Assembly (NCBI RefSeq): GCF_006345805.1
Contig: NW_021835102.1
Location: forward strand, 1 to 42,395
Direction: 5' to 3'
Length of the DNA: 42,395 nucleotides
Source: Octopus sinensis
Taxonomy: Eukaryota
A program made the translations under genes and the position numbers. The notes beneath the pieces were generated by a model. That model made no database searches. It was not told the DNA's origin and was given only the letters and a program-made list of their open reading frames with translations. Positions 34,783 through 42,395 of this stretch are shown here, one piece after another; positions within the stretch are counted from its first letter, which is position 1; every line of letters begins with the position of its first letter.

Positions 34783-35255
34783 ATTTATTTGTCTGGTGGC
34801 TGTAGCGAAAGATGTAGTATGGTGGACCCCGTTTGAAAGGGCTAAAGACAGACACTTTCCTCTTTGGTAAGCCCTCATCAACTTTTTCAAGTTTCACCCG
34901 AAAAGGAAGTTGAGGGTGAAGAGGGAAGTGTTGGCTTGTAGCAAGTTTGTTGAAAGGTGGGTGAATGTTGGAAGAATGGCCAGTGGGAAAGGACCAATTC
35001 TGAGTGTGCACCTGTAAAAAAAGAAAAGAAGAGAAGGGCTCTTGCCCTGTCGTTCAGATACCCATGGTTTTTGTGGGTTTTTTCCACGAGGACCTTAAAG
35101 CGCCTCCCCCATTGGGAGTTTAATTGATTCCACTTTTTTGTTATTACATTGTATACACGCGAAAACCCATTGTATCGTCCTGTTTTTGTCTTTTATGTTG
35201 TTGCATGTCTTTCACTGTTTTGTATGTGAGCCCTTGTGGCCAATAAAGGAATAAA
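34783..35255 (+). mobile_element. Tx1/L1-type LINE 3' end (second subfamily)
   Basis: FICLVAVAKDVVWW...FFKFHPKRKLRVKREVL...KFVERW, homologous to 2530-2700; ends GCCCTTGTGGCCAATAAAGGAATAAA-(TTA). Confidence 0.78.
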
Positions 35256-35424
35256 TTATTATTATTATTGTCGTTGTTGTTGTTATTATGACAACCATTA
35301 TTTACAGCATTAGATAAATTCTTAGCTTTCACTCTTTACAGCCTCGATTTCAGATTTCTTCAACCAATGTTCTCTATTTCTTGTGGTTTGATATTATTTC
35401 AATGGTCAAATATATATATTATAT

Positions 35425-35460
<36 letters not shown>

Positions 35461-35461
35461 G

Positions 35462-35512
<51 letters not shown>

Positions 35513-36008
35513 ATATATATATATATATATATAAATATATATATATATAAATATATATTACTTTTGAATATTTTTTGTTAGCTGTTCATTCTTCGTGAAA
35601 AGTTGTAGCTGGGTATATTTGTGTGCAGCATCGATACATTTAAATTCCGGAATGACACGATCTTGCAACAGATTATGAAACGCTCAAATTCATTTCTTTT
35701 CCCCATCTCGTTCATTATACCTTTCTCGCGAGATAACCCCGCCTCTGTATTATTATCCTTTTGTACTAACCTACGTTGAGAAGACGAGCAGCTATCTGTG
35801 GTCTTACGTATCTCTTGCTACCTTTTATCAATTGCTTGTTTCAACCATTAGACTGCGGCCATGCTACAGCACTACTTTGAAGAATTTTTACTCGAACTGA
35901 CTGACCTCGCTCCCACCCTAGTACACTTTTTAAAAACCTAATACTTATTCAACCGTCGTTCATTGCCAACCCGTTAAGTTACGGGGACGTAAACACACCA
36001 AAACCGGT

Positions 36009-36176
36009 CTTTTTTTAAGAGATGAGGAATTATGTACATTATTTACATTATTTACATTTGACTCCATAATTCACTCCATAATTGCCCACGGGCATATGGT
36101 GTAGTGTTTAAGAGCGCGAGCTACTAGCCCCTAGATTCCGAGTTCGATTCCAAGTACTGGCCTGAACAACAACAAC

Positions 36177-36208
<32 letters not shown>

Positions 36209-36359
36209 CATTGAAAAATACCTTGGGAATGAGAACCCAGGTTAGAAATTTCCCCAAGACACATGAAGAAGGCTGGAGGGTATATCAGCCGAAACGTTGT
36301 GTTAACAACAAACAAGATGAGGACAAACATCCATCGAATGTAAATAATGTAAATAAAGT
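36009..36359 (+). mobile_element. tRNA-headed SINE with hammerhead-bearing PLE-type tail and inverted 5' tail copy (family C)
   Basis: 14-bp TSD ACACCAAAACCGGT (35995-36008, 36360-36373); A-box 36097-36107 and B-box GAGTTCGATTCC 36140-36151; internal (AAT)n; HHR 36258-36303; 20-bp perfect inverted repeat 36039-36058 / 36337-36356. Confidence 0.85.
36258..36303 (+). ncRNA. Minimal type I hammerhead ribozyme, C3 mutated to A
   Basis: GACAC-ATGAAGA-A-GGCTG gagggtatat CAGCC-GAAAC-GT-T|GTGTT; stem III reduced to the palindrome AACGTT. Confidence 0.78.
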
Positions 36360-36617
36360 ACACCAAAACCGGTTTGTCAAACGGAGTGGGGTACACTCAT
36401 GCACACATAATTTTGCTTTCAAATTTTTTTTGTTTTTTTTTTAATTATATCTGTTTTGTTGCTATAAAAATTTATTGTTTCAATGTCGTCTGCTTCTGCT
36501 TGTATTTTATAGTTTTCTAGTGTCCAGAGAAGCGTATTTGTTTTTTGTTTTATTTTCCCCCATTTCTTTATTACATTTTATGGTGATTTTATTGCAACCA
36601 TATGAATAAATATATAA

Positions 36618-36827
36618 TGTTTGTGTGTCTGTTTGTCTCCCCAACATTACTTGACAACCGATGCTGGCGTGTTTACGTTCCCATAACTTAGCGGTTCGGC
36701 AAAAGAAACCGATAGAATAAGTACAAGGCTTCCAAGGAATAAGTCCTGAGTTCGATTTGCTCGACTAAAGGCGGTGCTCCAGCATGGCCGCAGTCAAATG
36801 ACTGACACAAGTAAAAGAGTAAAAGAG
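36618..36827 (+). mobile_element. SINE family B 3' half
   Basis: Matches the reverse complement of 33926-34130; tail (AAAAGAGT)2. Confidence 0.9.
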
Positions 36828-37688
36828 TAAGTATGCGGATTGTTGTCATAGTAGCGACGCTAAAGCACGCAGAGCGAAACCGCTCGGCAAAGACTTACCT
36901 TGGACTCTGCTGTGCATCAGCACTAAGTTCTGTTGTAGCTCACTTCCGTTGTTTACAGCAGTGCTTTGAAGTAACGTGGTCGTCGCATTGAACATGACAA
37001 AGTTGTCATGGTGATACCTGCTCAGAGGCCTACGTAAAGTTGCAGAAAGTGTATGGAGAGGAGTGTATGAGCCGCACACTAGTGTACGAGTGGTTCAGAC
37101 GTTTCCAATATGGCCGTAAATATGCTGATATTGACGAACGTTCTGGGGGACCGGCAATCAGTAGAACTTAGAAAAACATTGCAGATGTGCGTGGAGCTGT
37201 GAGGGGAAATCGTCGAATCATCATCCATGAGTTATCAGAGGATGTGCAGATTAGTTTCGGTTCAGTTCAGTCTATTATCACTGAAGATTTGGGTATGAGA
37301 CGCGTGTCTGCTAAGTTTGTGCCAAAACTGCTTTCAGCTGACCAAAAGGACACTCGAGTTTCAGTTGCACAAGATCTCCTTGATTGTGTCGAGAACGATG
37401 AAAACTTTTTGAAAACTCTGCGTAGGCCTGTGAGCAGGTATCGCCAATCTTTTGGCAAAATTTGATGTAGATTCTCTGCTCATTTTTCTGTCATGGTCAA
37501 TGCGACAATCACACGCTACACACCTTCTTTCCAAGCACTGCTGTAAACAGCAGAAGTGAGCTAGAACGTTAAAACTTGGTGCGCATGCATAGCAAAGTTC
37601 AAGGTGAATCTGTGCCGAGCGGCTATATTCTACGCGCTCTAGCTTCGTTATTATGGCAACAGTCCGAATATTTATTGATCAGATCACA
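36828..37688 (+). mobile_element. Non-autonomous mariner derivative: N-terminal HTH region between long inverted arms
   Basis: VRGNRRIIIHELSEDVQISFGSVQSIITEDLGMRRVSAKFVPKLL; arms 36828-37041 and 37413-37688; terminal TA at 37689. Confidence 0.85.
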
Positions 37689-37978
37689 TATAACGTTTCG
37701 AGAATAGTTTTTCGTCAGATAGTAGAAGAAAATACCGAGAAGAAGAAAAAGAAGAAAGAATAGGAGATAAGATCAGAGAGTAAAGATATGAGAAATGCAT
37801 GTGGGTTGCTTACATGATCGATAAATAACTGGACAGAAGTCGGAGAGAAAAAAATGTAGTTTTCGTAGGTAGAAGAGTGCACAATTGGTCTGTATGTGTG
37901 CGCGTGTGTTAGGTTGTGTGTATGTTTTGATACATGCATTTTGGCCCACCCTGTATACATACATACATAGATACATAC

Positions 37979-38040
<62 letters not shown>

Positions 38041-38045
<5 letters not shown>

Positions 38046-38353
38046 TTTATTTATGCGCCCTTTTGAAGCCTAGCCAGGGTCATGGGCCGGTTTCTATGGC
38101 GTATATGTTCCCCCACTCCCCCTAGCTGGACGGGACGCCAGTCCATGGCAGCGTTACTCAAGAAAAAGGAAGAAAGAGTGAGAAAAAGTTGGGGCGAAAG
38201 AGTACAAGGGTCGCCGCAAACCCCTGCCGGAGTCCCGTGAGGCTTTAGTTGTTTTCGCTCAATAAACACACACAACGTCTGGTCTGGGAATCGAAATCGC
38301 GAACCCCCGACCGCGATTCCGCTGCCCTAACCACTGGGCCATTGCGCCTCCAC
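38041..38353 (-). mobile_element. tRNA-SINE family E, full length
   Basis: Minus: GGAGGCGCAATGGCCCAGTGGTTAGG (A-box), GATTTCGATTCC (B-box), ATGGACTGGCGTCCCGTCCAG domain, A-rich tail. Confidence 0.85.
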
Positions 38354-38959
38354 ATATATGTGTGTGTGTGTGTGACTCACGCATACATACATATAGCTTT
38401 ACACACATGTAAGCATATTACTCTGTGTGTGAGTATGTAATTTACAGGCCTTGTGCCAAAGTTCAAAGCCATTGTTTGTGCTGTTCCTGTTGTTATTGTT
38501 TTCGTGTCTGGCGTGTATACACGTTTAGCTTCAAAGGTGTTGCTTAGATTGTTATATTTCACACTTTATTTAGTGAAAAACGAAAACAAAAACAAAAAAC
38601 ACTCCGTTTTTTTTTGTTGTTTTTTTTTTCACTCTATGCGGTTGAAAATGTTTGTCTTCATAGTTGTCTTTAATTTCTACCAGACGTATAACTGTAACCT
38701 TGACGGTAAATTAGCAGGTATTCGTACCAACGGGGATTGCAACGGTAAAAATATAAGTTACCATTCCCAATATTTTTCAAACACAAACGCATATTGGAAA
38801 AAAGTGACAACATGCGCTAATTAACCAAACAGATTTTTTTTTTTTATTTACTAACATCCAACTTTAACAACTAAAAAAGAATATATGCTGGAAATATTAA
38901 TTTAAACGAGAAAAAAAAACTGTAAAAAGATTAATGACAGAACCAACAGCAAAAACTGA

Positions 38960-39800
38960 TCTCTTGCCAAAGCTGTAGGTGATCGGGTGTTCCTTGTTAT
39001 GGTCTATGGTCTAGCTCTTGGGAAAGGAGTGAATTTAGAATAGGCATGTCGAGAGAGACAGTGCCTTCTTGGAATTTATCCAAGAAATAGCAAGGGAGAA
39101 AGCAGCTAACAGTTTCCATGTGCCCTCGAAAGCGTAGTTGGAAGGAACTTTGTCTGGTGTGTGTGGAAAGATGTATGCTTCATTTACAAAGTCAGAGCAT
39201 GTAAAAAAATGTCGGGTCCTAAGGATCGAGAATGAGACAAAGCTGGTGCGGTATACGCCAGCCTATAGATGGCGTCGCAGTACATCAGGATTAAGATGAT
39301 GAAGGAATGACAGAAAATATTGCTGGAGATGGTGACCTTTAGCTTATCGTTGCAGTAGTGGCAGGTAGCGAGCTATAAAAATATGTTGTCAAGCAGAGTC
39401 TGTACGGAAAGGTCATGATGACCTCGAAGACAACAAGGGCACCCCAGAAAATTACCCCTTTGTAAGAGCGATGATAAGGTCAGTGAGAGTAGTCGTGGCG
39501 CAGGGTAGAAGGTCTAGTTGTTACATGCGCGACTGTAAGGGCCATTTGAGATCCCTATATAAAAAGAAATAAATGTTAAAAGTCAACGGCAGATATCAGT
39601 AACTAAGGTAACAACGGCAGAGCCCTAAATCGGAGATCAAGATTACTATTACAGCTGATGCTACGTATGAATACTAGGTGACCCCCAAAACACTTTATGC
39701 CTCAGGAACCACTGGACCGATGATGTAAGTCAGATTAGGGCGCGACTAAGGCCAAATATGCTCATGGGCAATTTCAGAGGAGCAAATTTGTAGAAGGTAA
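38960..39800 (-). mobile_element. Very old non-LTR RT 3' fragment, resembling 25500-26640
   Basis: Decayed SVLGVT and FLPCYFLDKFQEGTV in the expected order; many stops. Confidence 0.45.
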
Positions 39801-39959
39801 TCGAATCGCAAAGTATCGAACTCATTGGTCCTTATGTTGGGGTCGGAGGTGAGGAGAGGAGATGCACTTATTTAACTTAATAAATTTTTAACCCGTTTAT
39901 TTATATTTTATATTATGCTTCTTTCCCAGCTCCCGCCTTTTGCGGATTCTCTCCCCACT

Positions 39960-39972
39960 CTACCTCTCTCTT

Positions 39973-40013
<41 letters not shown>

Positions 40014-40088
40014 GTCTCTCTTTTTCGATCTCCCTCTTTCTGTTTAATTCCATATATACACTCATATGTGTGTGTGCGTGTGTGTGTA

Positions 40089-40159
<71 letters not shown>

Positions 40160-40342
40160 TAGTGACAGAGAGAGAGAGCGGAGAGAGACAGTCATATATA
40201 TGTATATACACACGCATTATGTATATTTGTGTGCGTGTCTGTTAGTTCGCCAGATGTTTTTGCGACCTTTCGTCAGGCACATTTAGTGTTGTACGCATGG
40301 GTCCTTGTGGCTAATAAAATCATTAGTATTATAATTATTATA

Positions 40343-40375
<33 letters not shown>

Positions 40376-41088
40376 GATGTGTTTGTCGTTGTTGTTGTTG
40401 TCCTTATAGTTTGTAGCTGTTGTTGCTACTGTTTGTGTTATTTGTCTCGGACTTCGTATTTTTGGTTTTTCTTTCGTTTTATACATATAAATATATATAT
40501 ATATATGCATGTATGTTTGTATGTATGTATGTATGTATGTATGTTTGCTTAGTAGATCCCTTGTTTTGTTTAGCTTGTTGGCTTACTTTGTTTGGTATTC
40601 TTTCCGTCTATTGCGGTGATTTAGCATCTTTACTCTCTCTCTCTCTCTCTCTCTCTAACTCTCACTCTCCCGCTATCTCTCCATCTCTCTCTCCCTCTCT
40701 CTATCAATCTATCTTTTTTTCTCCCTCCCACTGTCTCTCCTTCTCTGCAAACTTATGATAACTATCAGTCTGACACGATGCCTTAAGTTCAAAAGTGTTT
40801 CGTTTGCTCTTTTGGCGACATATAAATCTATCTTTACTGATGCTAGCAATGATCAAATGGGCAAATATATCGATTCAAATTACTTAACTTTACGTTTCAT
40901 TTGACTCCCCTCCATCCACCTGACACCCGTTTCTTTCTTCTTTTCCTTCATCTCTTCCTATCGTCGTCTTCAACTGTTTTCTCTTGTTTACTTTTTTCTG
41001 CCATTTTTTAAATAATTCTTTGCGTTTGATTGTTTCATAAATCCATTCAGTACAATACATAAACACACCCAAACATACGCATACATAC

Positions 41089-41148
<60 letters not shown>

Positions 41149-41189
41149 ACGTATACATATACAAACGTACGTACACATGTATATGTATG

Positions 41190-41259
<70 letters not shown>

Positions 41260-41513
41260 TATGTGTATTTATTTATATGGCTGCTTGTCTGTTGTCTCTA
41301 TGTGTTTATATAATTTCTTTGATTACAGTTTAAACAGACATCTATTTACATACATATATGCACACATACATAAACATACTCTGGTACTATATGCGTGTGT
41401 GTATATGTATGCCTGCGCGCGTGTGTGTGTCTGTGTGTGTGAAAGAGTAAAAGGGAAACAAAAAGACAGCATGTGTGTGCGCGTGTTGCACTTTGGGGGG
41501 GTCATTTTACCTA

Positions 41514-41551
<38 letters not shown>

Positions 41552-41743
41552 TACATATATATGCATATATATATGTATGTATTTACACATACACACACAC
41601 ACATATATATATATACAATATACACATATATGTATATTAAGTATACAACTATATATATAACTATATATACAACTATATATATATAATTTATATTAAATTA
41701 TATATATATACATATATATGTATATATATATAGATAGATAGAT

Positions 41744-41801
<58 letters not shown>

Positions 41802-41821
41802 CAAGATCTACATACACACAT

Positions 41822-41869
<48 letters not shown>

Positions 41870-41976
41870 CCGACAATATTCGCATATACATATATATATA
41901 TGAATATATATGTGCATACATATATACGTGTAAACATACATACATGCATACATGCATGCATACATACATACATACA

Positions 41977-42010
<34 letters not shown>
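39960..42010. repeat. Dense compound microsatellite block: (CT)n, (TA)n, (TTA)n, (TATG)n, (GATA)n, (CATA)n
   Basis: Direct reading, interspersed with short unique stretches. Confidence 0.9.
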
Positions 42011-42012
<2 letters not shown>

Positions 42013-42395
42013 TACATACGCACTATCGCGTACGCCTTGTACACCGCGTACTCACACTGTTCTTTATTATTCCTGGACATGGGTGTAGGTTCTGTATCTG
42101 CTATATCTATATATTCATGTAGCCTCTCTTTGATTAAGGTTTAAACAAACATCTAAAAGATATTAGCTGGTCATTATTTTCCTTCCCTTTTAGTTGTCGT
42201 CGACACTGGTACTGTTTTTTCTTGTTATTTTCTTTATTTTGTTCCTGGTTTTTTTTTTTGGTTTTTTCTGTGATTTCCCCCCCCCCTCTGTTTGTTTTTT
42301 TGTTTTTGTGTTTTGTGTTTTTGTTTTGTGTTTTTTTTTTTTTTCCCTTTTCGTTTGTTTCTGAATTTTTCTTTATTTTTTTGTGCAGTTCTTTG

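Larger units (their letters stand above)
35825..36405 (-). mobile_element. Decayed SINE family B 3' half, interrupted at 36009-36359
   Basis: GTTTCAACCATTAGACTGCGGCCATGC...GTTAAGTTACGGGGACGTAAACACACC, resuming GGTTTGTCAAACG at 36371. Confidence 0.7.

Noticed and set aside
36090-36165. tRNA gene
   Set aside because: A/B boxes are present, but the cloverleaf is incomplete and it is embedded in a TSD-flanked repeat, so it is a SINE head; the same applies to 34594 and 38353.
40240-40285. Minus-strand CTGACGAAAGG...AAAAC
   Set aside because: No stem II or stem III pairing.

Overview
This is eukaryotic, AT-rich, microsatellite-saturated DNA with no intact protein-coding gene that I can support; almost all ORFs in the track are translations of (TA)n, (TTA)n, (CTA)n or (CA)n repeats. 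The SINE repertoire resembles what I recall from Octopus assemblies (inference, no search run). The window is a nested transposon graveyard. It holds R4/Dong-like RLE LINE fragments bounded by (TAA)n, two CR1/L2-group LINEs, four Tx1/L1-type 3' ends, two other decayed RT fragments, two mariner relics, a DD37D (maT) element, a Helentron-type non-autonomous element and five tRNA-SINE families. The most striking signal is a set of hammerhead ribozymes (HHR) in mutually unrelated short elements with no ORF. Four have the complete CUGANGA...GAAA...UH core and a palindromic or near-palindromic stem III (11030-11090 -, 11648-11711 +, 20381-20486 -, 23301-23359 -). A fifth, one substitution from consensus, sits in the tail of a tRNA-headed SINE with a 14-bp TSD (36009-36359). 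Several decayed HHRs are also present. Many of these elements share an inverted tail - HHR - tail fold-back layout next to (TA)n arrays, as expected for Penelope-like (PLE) pseudo-LTR derivatives or retrozyme-like elements. Two SINE-LINE 3'-tail partnerships are visible within the window. All coordinates, alignments and folds were derived by eye; element boundaries are approximate.
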